From: Kiritimatiellia bacterium
GTDB lineage: Bacteria; Verrucomicrobiota; Kiritimatiellia; RFP12; UBA1067
NCBI GenBank assembly: GCA_024694365.1
Contig: JAILJX010000040.1
Location: 10,182 to 74,181 of the forward strand
Reading direction: 5' to 3'
Length of the DNA stretch: 64,000 bases
Below are positions 1 to 9,058 of this stretch, in pieces. Below the pieces are notes generated by a model. It was not told where the DNA came from. It searched no databases and was given only the letters and a program-made list of their open reading frames with translations. The first letter of the stretch is position 1; the number at the start of each line of letters is the position of its first letter. The translations under genes and the position numbers were made by a program.

Positions 1-1218
1 TTCAGGACATGGCGCAACGTCATGACCGGAGAGGCGGCTGCGAAGCTGTCGGATCTTTTCGGGTTCAACATTCCCCAGAGATGGTCCGTCGCCCACTACG
101 CCCAGGCGCTCATGAACAATGAGCCCCATGTCGCGAACGTCCGCTGGCTTACGACGCTTGCCGGATATGTCCACCATTCGCTCTCGGGCGAGAATGTCCT
201 TGGCGTCGGCGAGGCGAGCGGAATGTTCCCGATCGATCCCGGGACAGGTGGCTACAACGCGCGCATGATGGCCGATTTCGAGAAGGAATTCGGCGTCGCG
301 CTCAAGGAGAAGCTGCCGGCTGTCGCGTCCGCTGGAGAATCCGCGGGCCGCCTGACCGAAGAAGGCGCGAAGTGGCTCGACCCTACGGGAACGCTTCAGG
401 CGGGCGCCGTGATGGCCCCTCCCGAAGGCGACGCGGGAACAGGCATGGTCGCCACGAACGCCGTGGCGCCGAGAACCGGAAACGTCTCCGCCGGAACGTC
501 CATCTTCGCGATGATCGTCCTCGAGAAGGCGATGAAGGGCCATTATCCGGAGATCGACGTCGTGACTACGCCTACGGGGCACGAGGTCGCCATGGTCCAC
601 TGCAACAACTGCACGAACGAGATAAACGCCTGGGCCGGACTCTTCAAGGAGTTCGGCGCGAAAGCCGGGGCGGACGCAAACCCCTACAAGATTCTTTTCT
701 CCGAGTCGCTCAAGGGCGATGCCGACTGCGGAGGCGTCGTGACCGTTCCCTATCTGAGCGGAGAGCCTGTCACGGGGTCCCCCGACGCCTGCCTCAAGGT
801 GGTGCGCACGCCCGAGGCCAAGTTCACGCTCGCGAATTTCATGCGCTCGCAGATATATTCAGCGTTCGTTTCGCTGAAGATCGGCATGGACATCCTCGCC
901 GGGGAGGATGTGAAGATCGACTCTCTCACGGGCCACGGAGGCATCTTCACCGACAAGGGCATAGCCCAGCAGTATCTCGCGGACGCGCTCAACACCACAG
1001 TCGCATGCCTTTCGACCGCCACGGAGGGAGGTCCGTGGGGAATGGCAGTCCTGGCCGCGTTCGCGGCGAAGGAGAACCGCGGCAGTCTCGAGGATTTCCT
1101 CTCTGGGGAGGTCTTCAAGAACGCGGCGAGCGAGATGCTTGCCCCGTCGAAGGATGGCGTCGAAGGGTTCGACAGGTATACCGCCAATTTCAAGGCCGCC
1201 ATCACGGCGTGCAGGTAA
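1..1218 (+). CDS. FGGY-family pentulose kinase (L-ribulokinase/xylulokinase-like), 5'-truncated by the window edge
   Basis: Frame is open from position 1 (FRTWRNV...). Motifs PPEGDAGTGMVATN, GNVSAGTS, GHGG and EGGPWGMA are typical of Bacteroides-type AraB/xylulokinases. Confidence 0.85.
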   Translation, partial: FRTWRNVMTGEAAAKLSDLFGFNIPQRWSVAHYAQALMNNEPHVANVRWLTTLAGYVHHSLSGENVLGVGEASGMFPIDPGTGGYNARMMADFEKEFGVALKEKLPAVASAGESAGRLTEEGAKWLDPTGTLQAGAVMAPPEGDAGTGMVATNAVAPRTGNVSAGTSIFAMIVLEKAMKGHYPEIDVVTTPTGHEVAMVHCNNCTNEINAWAGLFKEFGAKAGADANPYKILFSESLKGDADCGGVVTVPYLSGEPVTGSPDACLKVVRTPEAKFTLANFMRSQIYSAFVSLKIGMDILAGEDVKIDSLTGHGGIFTDKGIAQQYLADALNTTVACLSTATEGGPWGMAVLAAFAAKENRGSLEDFLSGEVFKNAASEMLAPSKDGVEGFDRYTANFKAAITACR

Positions 1219-1242
1219 TAAAAAAGACAGGAGTAAAACATC

Positions 1243-2997
1243 ATGTTGACGGCAATCGACTGGTTGATGATTCTCGGCTATTTCGCCCTTCTCGGAGGCG
1301 TCGTATGGTGGTCGATGAGAAAGAACAAGATTGAAAGCGGAGAGGATCTGTTTCTCGGCGGACGCTCCGTGGGCTGGCTCGCGATCGGCGCTTCCATCTT
1401 CGCCGCGAACATCGGCTCGGAGCACTTGATCGGCCTTGCGGGCTCCGGAGCGGCGGCGGGCCTTTCGCAGGCTCACTGGGAGCTCCACGCGTGGGTGCTC
1501 GTCATGATGAGCTGGGTGTTCCTTCCGTTCTACTACAAGAGCGGCGTCTCAACGATGCCGGAATTCCTCGAGAGGCGCTTCGGCGCACGGGCGAGATGGA
1601 TACTCTCGCTCGTCTCGCTCGCGGCATATGTGCTTACGAAGATTTCCGTCACTGTGTTCGCAGGCGCGCTCTTCTTCAAGGTGATGATGCCCGAAGTGCA
1701 GATAACCGTCTTCGGGACGACGATCACAAGCTTCTGGATCGGCGCGATCGCCACCGTCGTCCTCGCAGGCCTCTACAGCTCGCTTGGCGGACTCTCCGCG
1801 GTGGTCTATACGGACCTGGTGCAGACGGGCATCATTCTCGCGGGAACGCTCTCCGTCACGGCATTCGCCCTCTACCACCTCGGCAATTCCGGAGTCGCTC
1901 TTCCCGACGGCTCCACGGCGCAAGGCGTCTCCGACGGATGGGAAGTACTCAAGGCTACGATCAAGTCGACCGACAACGTCGAGCAGTTCGGCCTTTGGCA
2001 CTCTCTCACCCACAAAGCGTTTCCGTGGCTGGGCGTCGCGATCGCCTCGGCGACGATCGGCGTCTGGTACTGGTGCACCGACCAGTTCATCATACAGCGC
2101 ACCCTCGCAGCGAAGAACCTGACCAACGCCCGCCGCGGAGCGATCTGGGGAGGCGCCTTGAAGCTCTGCCCCGTGTTCCTCTTCCTCGTCCCCGGCATGC
2201 TCGGCTTCGCTCTTCACCACAACAACGTCATGATCGACGGATCAGTCTTCGCGATTCCGCTCAAGACTCTCAAAGACGGCAGCCAGGTGATAGACGGCGA
2301 CACCGTCTTCCCGACTCTCGTGCAGACGCTTCTGCCCGTGGGCTTCCGCGGACTCGTCGTTGCGGGCATGATTGCTGCTTTGATGAGCTCGCTCGCCTCG
2401 CTCTTCAACTCCGTCTCGACGCTCTTCACGGTCGACGTCTACCAGAAGCTCAAGCCCGAGACCCCCGCGAAGAAACTCGTCACGATCGGCCGCACCACGA
2501 CTGTCGTCATGACCGCCCTCGGGCTCCTCTGGCTTCCGATCATGAAGGCGATTTCGGGCGGCGGACTCTACCAGTACATCCAGGCCGTGCAGTCGTTCCT
2601 CGCGCCACCTATCGTCGCCGTCTTCGTGATGGGCCTTTGCTGGAAGCGCATGAACCTGCGCGGAGCGGTGTGGGGGCTTTCGCTCGGCTTCATCCTCGGC
2701 ATGATGAAGCTCGGCGCGAACGCCATCTGGGGCGGGGCCGACGGCTTCGCGCTCATCCAGGACTTCTACTTCTCCGGAATCCTCCTTGCAGTCTCCATAC
2801 TTATCGTCATCATCGCCTCGCTTACGGCGCCTGCGCCAGATCCAAAGCTTACGACGGGGCTTACCTTCGCCGGGCTCGACGACAAGTTCAGGAAGGAGAA
2901 CCGCGAGAGCTGGAACTGGGTTGACGTCGTCTCCAGCTGCATAGTCGTCGGCTGCGTGCTCGCCGCCTATGCGTACTTCTGGACCTGGCTGGACTGA
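1243..2997 (+). CDS. Sodium:solute symporter (SSS/SGLT-like sugar transporter)
   Basis: Motifs ASIFAANIGSEHLIGLAG, TMPEFLERRF, WYWCTDQFIIQR and SSLASLFNS; many TM segments; AGGAG SD upstream. Confidence 0.93.
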   Translation: MLTAIDWLMILGYFALLGGVVWWSMRKNKIESGEDLFLGGRSVGWLAIGASIFAANIGSEHLIGLAGSGAAAGLSQAHWELHAWVLVMMSWVFLPFYYKSGVSTMPEFLERRFGARARWILSLVSLAAYVLTKISVTVFAGALFFKVMMPEVQITVFGTTITSFWIGAIATVVLAGLYSSLGGLSAVVYTDLVQTGIILAGTLSVTAFALYHLGNSGVALPDGSTAQGVSDGWEVLKATIKSTDNVEQFGLWHSLTHKAFPWLGVAIASATIGVWYWCTDQFIIQRTLAAKNLTNARRGAIWGGALKLCPVFLFLVPGMLGFALHHNNVMIDGSVFAIPLKTLKDGSQVIDGDTVFPTLVQTLLPVGFRGLVVAGMIAALMSSLASLFNSVSTLFTVDVYQKLKPETPAKKLVTIGRTTTVVMTALGLLWLPIMKAISGGGLYQYIQAVQSFLAPPIVAVFVMGLCWKRMNLRGAVWGLSLGFILGMMKLGANAIWGGADGFALIQDFYFSGILLAVSILIVIIASLTAPAPDPKLTTGLTFAGLDDKFRKENRESWNWVDVVSSCIVVGCVLAAYAYFWTWLD

Positions 2998-3005
2998 GCG
3001 GCGAA

Positions 3006-5030
3006 ATGAAAGCATCCGTCTGCTTCGCGGCATGCGCTCTCGTCTCGGCGGCATGCGCCGTTGAGATCGAGACGCAGGTGAATTCCATCGCGGCGGACAG
3101 CGCGGCACGCATTCTCGACGAGAAGCTTGCGGACCGCGCCGGAACCGTCGTCCTCACCCTGTGCGAGAATCCGGAAATAAAGCATGACGGATATACCGTC
3201 ATCCGCGAAGGGGATGTCTACACTGTCGAGGGTGTGCGTCCACGATCCCTCCTGTATGCCGCTGGCGAACCGGAGAAATGGTGGGGTCGCGACAGTACCG
3301 TGCGCGATCCCGCCTTCGCCTCGAGAATGGTCAACTGGACCAGATCGCGCCATGGCGCCGCCGAATGGATAGCTGCGACCGGGGCGAACATCGTCCATGC
3401 CGGGCGCGGAGGCACGGTCACGCTCGAAAAATCCATGCCCGAGGTCTTCGCCATGCTTCCGCCGGAGCGGCGCGAGGCTCTGAGGCGGGCGAAAGAGGCG
3501 AGCGAGAGGTCCGCAATGAGAATCTGCGCCGATAATTCCGCTGCGGACGTCCCGACCTACCCTCTGCTCTACGGATGTGACGCCATGAAGTGGAACCGCG
3601 AGCTCTGCGAAGCTTTCCTCAAGGCCCATCCCGAGGCGAAAGGAACCGATCCCGGGCGAAGCTGGGAGAAGGGCATTCTCTGCCCGAGCGCACCCGCCAC
3701 CTGGGACTTCGTCCGCGCCTACGTTTCGGAATTCGCGTCGCTGGGCCCCTACGAAGGGATCGTCGCGACATTCTGGGACGACTACGGAATGAACTGCAAG
3801 TGCCCCAATTGCCGCCGCAACGGGATGCACCTGTTTTCCAGGCAGATCGCGAAACTTGTGACGGCATACGAAGAGGCGCTTGAGCCGCTCGGGAAAAAGC
3901 TGATAGTCCGCACCTGGGCGAGCGGGGCGCCGCATTTCCTCGGCGGGGAGTGGGTGAATGCGCCGGGATACGCAGGCAGGAAGGATGCCCTGGATACATG
4001 GGGGAAGGTTTTCGAGACGGCGGGAAAGTCTACCGTCATCCAGACGAAGGTCTACAATTGCGACTGCCAGCCCGATCCTCCTTTCTCCAATCTTCTCGGC
4101 GAGGCCAAAGCGCGCGGGTTCACGGAATTCGCCGAGTGGCAGATCACCGGCCAGACGGTGGGCCGGGGATGGCTTCCGGCCAGCGTTTGCGCCCACACGG
4201 CCTGGACGATGAAGAAGGCGCTGGAGCTTGCGGGGCCGGAAGGAGGGGTTTGCCTTTATGCCGGCGGATACAAGAACGGCGGCTACGAGGCTCTGGACGA
4301 TACGTGCAACTCGATAAACATCAGGATGTGGCGCCAGCTTTCGTGGAACCCCAATGACGACACCGACCGCATATGGATCGATTGGGCGGCGCCGATATAC
4401 GGAGAATCCGCCCCTGCCGCCATAGCGGCGCTGAAGGCGACGGAGAAGGCGGCTGCGGTTTCGTTCTCTCCCCTGGGATTCGGAGCGCCCACAGAGAGCG
4501 GCTTCGCGGGGAGCGTCGCGAGGCGCGAGGATCTTCTCAGGTACACAAACAGGCATTTCCTTCCGGATTTCGCCCCGCTACTCGAGCCGACAAAGGAGAA
4601 TATAGCGAAAGTCGCCGCCGAGAAGGACGCCGCCATCAAGGCTGTCGAGTCGGCGATCGCGTCCGCGGAAGGCCTTGGGGCGCCTATGGCCGAGCTGCGG
4701 ACGCGTCTCGGCTGGCTCAAGACCCATCTCATCGTCTCCAAAGCCCTCGACGAGGGCCTTTGGCGCGTCCATCGCATAGAGTACCTCTGTGATCTTCAGC
4801 GCGGCGACCTCGAAGAGCTCGCGGCGGTGAAAAGATGCTTTGATGCGATAAGAGCGGAGGGTGGGAATCTCTTTGCCCGCGATCCCGAGGCGAAGATGAG
4901 CTTTTATGCCGACAGGCTCGGCAATCACGAGATAACCCTGGGCAGCCCCGTGCGCTTGATGAGGGACATATGGGAGAAGGCTCTCGAAAAGACGGAAAAG
5001 ATTCTCGGTCCGCAAACGCCAAGGAAATGA
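3006..5030 (+). CDS. Secreted protein, putative glycoside hydrolase of unclear family
   Basis: N-terminal signal peptide. Short GH20b/GH67-like N-domain (DGYTVIREGDVYTVEG..RSLLYA) and LCPS.P...FWDDY segments. Last gene of a sugar operon. Confidence 0.5.
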   Translation: MKASVCFAACALVSAACAVEIETQVNSIAADSAARILDEKLADRAGTVVLTLCENPEIKHDGYTVIREGDVYTVEGVRPRSLLYAAGEPEKWWGRDSTVRDPAFASRMVNWTRSRHGAAEWIAATGANIVHAGRGGTVTLEKSMPEVFAMLPPERREALRRAKEASERSAMRICADNSAADVPTYPLLYGCDAMKWNRELCEAFLKAHPEAKGTDPGRSWEKGILCPSAPATWDFVRAYVSEFASLGPYEGIVATFWDDYGMNCKCPNCRRNGMHLFSRQIAKLVTAYEEALEPLGKKLIVRTWASGAPHFLGGEWVNAPGYAGRKDALDTWGKVFETAGKSTVIQTKVYNCDCQPDPPFSNLLGEAKARGFTEFAEWQITGQTVGRGWLPASVCAHTAWTMKKALELAGPEGGVCLYAGGYKNGGYEALDDTCNSINIRMWRQLSWNPNDDTDRIWIDWAAPIYGESAPAAIAALKATEKAAAVSFSPLGFGAPTESGFAGSVARREDLLRYTNRHFLPDFAPLLEPTKENIAKVAAEKDAAIKAVESAIASAEGLGAPMAELRTRLGWLKTHLIVSKALDEGLWRVHRIEYLCDLQRGDLEELAAVKRCFDAIRAEGGNLFARDPEAKMSFYADRLGNHEITLGSPVRLMRDIWEKALEKTEKILGPQTPRK

Positions 5031-5036
5031 TATAAT
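5028..5036 (+). promoter_or_regulatory. Extended -10 promoter (TGnTATAAT) for serS
   Basis: TGATATAAT, followed by an AGGAG SD before ATG 5062. Confidence 0.6.
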
Positions 5037-5061
5037 ATGCGGACAACAGGAGAATCCGCAA

Positions 5062-6345
5062 ATGATCGACATCAAGAAGCTCAGAGAAGATTTTGACAAC
5101 ACTGCAGCTGCGCTGGCGCGGCGCGGCGTCGAAAAGGAGCGCCTCGAGAAGGCGCGCGACCTGGACGCGAAACGGCGCAAACTGCTCGCAGAGACAGAGT
5201 CTCTAAAGGCGAAGCGCAACGCCGCGTCGAAGGAGATCGGCAAGATCGCCGCTGCAGGAGGCGACGTCGCGGCAGCCAAGGCGGGGATGAAGGCTGTCGG
5301 CGACAGGATCGCCGAGATAGACAGGGAACTTGCCGCGGTCTCGCACGACCTCCGCGAGACGCTGCTCATGATCCCAAACATCCCTGCCCCGGAGATTCCG
5401 ACGGGAATGGACTCCTCGGCGAACACCGTCGTCAGGAAGGTCGGCGAGTGGAAAGATCCTGCGTTCAAGATCCTGGATCACATGACGATCGGCGAGAAGC
5501 TCGGCATTTTCGACTTCCCGCGCGGAGTCAAGCTTACGGGAACGGGCTTTCCGATAATCCTCGGGCAGGGCGCAAAGCTCCAGCGCGCACTCATACAGTA
5601 CATGCTCGACGTCCATTGCCGCGAGCAGGGCTACACCGAGATGCTGCCCCCCTTCGTCGTGAACAGCGATTCCATGACTGGAACCGGCCAGCTCCCCAAG
5701 TTCGCCGAAGACCTCTACCATTGCCAGATAGACGATTTCTGGCTCATTCCCACGGCCGAGGTTCCCGTGACGAACTACTACCGCGACGACATTCTCGACG
5801 GCAGGAATCTCCCGATCAAGCTTACCGCCTACACGCCATGCTTCCGCCGCGAGGCGGGGTCCGCCGGCAAGATGACCCGCGGAATGCTGCGCGTGCACCA
5901 GTTCGACAAGGTCGAGATGGTCAACTTCGTCCATCCCGACACATCCTTCGCTCAGTTGGAGGTTCTCGTGAAGGAGGCCGAGGCGATCCTCACCGGTCTC
6001 GGACTCCATTTCCGCGTTCTGCAGCTCTGCTCCGGCGACATGGGCTTTTCCGCCGCGAAATGCTACGACCTCGAGCTTTGGGCTCCGGGCGAGAAGCAGT
6101 GGCTGGAGGTCAGCTCCTGCAGCTGTTTCACCGACTACCAGGCCCGCCGCCTCAACTGCAGGTTCAAGGATGCGGACGGCAAGACGAAGCTCGTCCACAC
6201 GCTCAACGGTTCGGGCGTCGCGCTGCCGCGTCTTATGGTCGCGCTTCTCGAACAGTGCCAGAACGAAGACGGTTCCGTGACGATCCCGGAGGTTCTTCGT
6301 CTCTACATGAACGGTCAGGAGAAGCTGCTCCCGTGCAAAAACTGA
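5062..6345 (+). CDS. serS: Seryl-tRNA synthetase
   Basis: N-terminal coiled-coil arm; LIPTAEVP, FRREAGS, RVHQFDKVE, EVSSCS and HTLNGSG motifs. Confidence 0.98.
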   Translation: MIDIKKLREDFDNTAAALARRGVEKERLEKARDLDAKRRKLLAETESLKAKRNAASKEIGKIAAAGGDVAAAKAGMKAVGDRIAEIDRELAAVSHDLRETLLMIPNIPAPEIPTGMDSSANTVVRKVGEWKDPAFKILDHMTIGEKLGIFDFPRGVKLTGTGFPIILGQGAKLQRALIQYMLDVHCREQGYTEMLPPFVVNSDSMTGTGQLPKFAEDLYHCQIDDFWLIPTAEVPVTNYYRDDILDGRNLPIKLTAYTPCFRREAGSAGKMTRGMLRVHQFDKVEMVNFVHPDTSFAQLEVLVKEAEAILTGLGLHFRVLQLCSGDMGFSAAKCYDLELWAPGEKQWLEVSSCSCFTDYQARRLNCRFKDADGKTKLVHTLNGSGVALPRLMVALLEQCQNEDGSVTIPEVLRLYMNGQEKLLPCKN

Positions 6346-7163
6346 CGATAATCGGAAGCGGTCCCGCCGGGCTCTCCGCCGGGATCTACGCCGCGAGAGG
6401 CGGCGTGAAACCTGTCGTATTGGAAGGGCTGGAGTCCGGAGGCCAACTGATGCAGACGCAGCACGTAGCGAACTATCCGGGTTTTCCCGGCGTCGCCAAG
6501 GGGCCGGACATAATAGCTGCGATCCGCAGGCAGGCCGAAGAGGCCGGAGTGGCGTTCGTGATGGATGCCGTAAAGTCCGTCGACTTTTCGGGAGGGACGA
6601 AAAAGCTGATGACTCTCATGGGCGACACTATCGAGACCCAAGCCGTGATCATAGCGTCCGGGGCGGGGGTCACGAAGACGGATCTTCCCGGAGAGGCGAA
6701 ATATTTCGGCCGCGGCATAAGCGCGTGCCTTACGTGCGACGGGGCGTTCTACGCCGGCAAAAGGGCTGTCGTCGTCGGGGAGGGGCCTGCATCCGCTGGG
6801 GCGAAGGTGTATCTCGAGCGCCTCGGCGCGACCGTCCCCGCAATCGTCAAGCCGTCGGATGCCGCGGAATTCACAGGCGACGGACCGAAGTTCACGGGCG
6901 TGAAGCTCAAGGACGGCACTTCCGTCGCTGCGGACGGGGCGTTCCTGGTCACGGCCCGCACTCCGCAGACTTCGTTCGTCGCAGGCGCCCTGGAGCTTGA
7001 CGCCAAGGGGCATGTTGTGACGTCCGGAGGCGTGAAGACTGCCGTTCCCGGCGTGTTCGCCGCGGGGGACTGCGCGAGGCCGAAGCACAAACAGGCTGTG
7101 ATCGCGGCCGGCGACGGCGCCCTCGCGGCGCTGGAGGCTTTGGAGTATCTGAGAACGCATTGA
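6333..7163 (+). CDS. Thioredoxin reductase-like FAD oxidoreductase (short form)
   Basis: GTG start overlapping the end of serS. Has IIGSGPAG, GGQL, NYPGF, redox CLTCD and GVFAAGD; the NADPH-binding region is degenerate. Confidence 0.85.
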   Translation: MQKLTIIGSGPAGLSAGIYAARGGVKPVVLEGLESGGQLMQTQHVANYPGFPGVAKGPDIIAAIRRQAEEAGVAFVMDAVKSVDFSGGTKKLMTLMGDTIETQAVIIASGAGVTKTDLPGEAKYFGRGISACLTCDGAFYAGKRAVVVGEGPASAGAKVYLERLGATVPAIVKPSDAAEFTGDGPKFTGVKLKDGTSVAADGAFLVTARTPQTSFVAGALELDAKGHVVTSGGVKTAVPGVFAAGDCARPKHKQAVIAAGDGALAALEALEYLRTH

Positions 7164-7191
7164 AGACAAAAACAAACCGGAGGCGTGGAAT

Positions 7192-7881
7192 ATGGCTGAA
7201 TTGATAGTTGCCCTCGACGTGCAGTCGCGCGAAGAGGCCGTCGCAAGGGTCAAGACGATCGGCGATGCCGTCGGGTTCTACAAGATCGGGCTCGAGCTTT
7301 TCACGGCGGAGGGTCCGGACGTGGTCAAGGCGGTCAAGGACCTCGGCAAAAAGGTCTTTCTCGATCTCAAATTCCATGACATTCCGAGAACCGTAGAAAG
7401 GTCCGTGCGCTCCGGCGGAAAGCTCGGCGTCGACCTCATGACGATCCATTCCGTAGGAGGCAAGGCGATGATCAAGGCCGCGGCGGACGCCGCCGCCGAA
7501 TTCGGCGCTTCAGGGCCTATGATTCTCGCCGTCACCGTTCTTACGTCTCTCGACCGCACGGATCTCGAGGACATCGGCATCAAGGGACGGGAGCCTGCGG
7601 ACCAGGTTCTGGCCATGGCTTCGTTCGCCACGGCGAACGGCGCCCACGGGCTCGTGTGCTCGCCGAAGGAGGTAGGCGCGCTTTCGAAGGCGCTCCCCGC
7701 TGGCACGCTTTTCGTCACGCCGGGCGTGAGGCCTGCAGGCGCTGCCGCAGGCGACCAGAAGCGCGTGGCGACTCCGGCCGATGCGGTTAGGGATGGCGCG
7801 ACGCATCTTGTCGTGGGCCGCCCGGTTCTCGCGGCCGAGGATCCCGCCGCCGCCGCGCGTGCGATTCTCGCGGAAATGTGA
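7192..7881 (+). CDS. pyrF: Orotidine-5'-phosphate decarboxylase
   Basis: LIVALD, FLDLKFHDIPRT, VTPGVRP and VVGRP motifs. Confidence 0.97.
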   Translation: MAELIVALDVQSREEAVARVKTIGDAVGFYKIGLELFTAEGPDVVKAVKDLGKKVFLDLKFHDIPRTVERSVRSGGKLGVDLMTIHSVGGKAMIKAAADAAAEFGASGPMILAVTVLTSLDRTDLEDIGIKGREPADQVLAMASFATANGAHGLVCSPKEVGALSKALPAGTLFVTPGVRPAGAAAGDQKRVATPADAVRDGATHLVVGRPVLAAEDPAAAARAILAEM

Positions 7882-7926
7882 TATAATACGTCCATAGGCT
7901 TCAAAACAAGAAGGAGCAAACACAAA

Positions 7927-9036
7927 ATGAAGATCAAGTTCGGCAAGGTGGCTGAAGACATAACGACGCGGAAGGAGTTTCCGCTCAAGAAGGCCCAGAT
8001 GGTTCTCAAGGGCAAGACGATTGCGGTTCTCGGGTACGGGATTCAGGGCCCCGGACAGGCTCTCAACATGCGCGACAACGGTTTCAACGTGATCGTCGGC
8101 CAGCGCAAGAACACCAAGGCCAACTCCAGCTGGTCGCGCGCGAAGAAAGACGGCTGGGTGGAGGGAAAGACTCTCTTCTCGCTCGAGGAGGCCGCCGAGA
8201 AGGGTGACATCATCATGATGCTCGTTTCGGACGGCTCCGTCGGACAGGTCTGGAAGAAGATCGAGAAGTATGTGACCCCCGGCAAGTATCTCTACTTCTC
8301 GCACGGCTTCGGCTATGTCTACAACAAGCTTACGGGCATCAAGCCCGCCAAGGGCGTCGGCGTGATCATGGTCGCCCCGAAGGGTTCGGGTACGTCCGTC
8401 CGCCGCAACTTCCTCTCCGGCGCGGGCATCAACAGCTCCTACGCTTTCGAGCCCAACGGCATGAAGGCCAAGGATGTTGAAGACGTCACCAAGGCCATCG
8501 GAATCGCCGTCGGTTCGGGATATCTCTTCCCGACGACCTTCAAGAACGAGGTCACGAGCGATCTCGTCGGCGAGCGCGGCATTCTCATGGGCGCGCTGGC
8601 GGGCGTCATGGAGGCGCAGTTCGAGACGCTCCGCGCAAACGGGCACAGTCCGTCCGAGGCGTTCAACGAGACTTGCGAGGAGCTTACCCAGTCGCTTATC
8701 CGCCTCGTCGACGAGAACGGGATGGATTGGATGTACGGCAACTGCTCCCAGACCGCCCAGCACGGCGCGCTCAAGTGGAGGCCGGTCTTCAAGAAGGCTA
8801 CGCTTCCGGTCTTCAAGAAGCTCTACACGAGCGTGAAGACGATGAAGGAGGCGAAAGAGGTCATCCGCGACACCGGTTGCCCCGACTACAAGGAGAAGAT
8901 GCTCGCGAAACTTAGCGAACTCCACAACCACGAGATGTGGCTCGCCGGCGCAGCGGTCCGTTCGCTGCGTCCCCACGAGGCGGCCAAGGGCAATGCGGCC
9001 TCCGCCGGCTGGGGCGGACGCAAGGTCGTGAAGTGA
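7927..9036 (+). CDS. ilvC: Ketol-acid reductoisomerase
   Basis: GYGIQG, FSHGF, MVAPKGSG, SDLVGERG and AFNETCEE motifs. Confidence 0.96.
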   Translation: MKIKFGKVAEDITTRKEFPLKKAQMVLKGKTIAVLGYGIQGPGQALNMRDNGFNVIVGQRKNTKANSSWSRAKKDGWVEGKTLFSLEEAAEKGDIIMMLVSDGSVGQVWKKIEKYVTPGKYLYFSHGFGYVYNKLTGIKPAKGVGVIMVAPKGSGTSVRRNFLSGAGINSSYAFEPNGMKAKDVEDVTKAIGIAVGSGYLFPTTFKNEVTSDLVGERGILMGALAGVMEAQFETLRANGHSPSEAFNETCEELTQSLIRLVDENGMDWMYGNCSQTAQHGALKWRPVFKKATLPVFKKLYTSVKTMKEAKEVIRDTGCPDYKEKMLAKLSELHNHEMWLAGAAVRSLRPHEAAKGNAASAGWGGRKVVK

Positions 9037-9058
9037 AACAACTTCGCCGGATGTTCGC

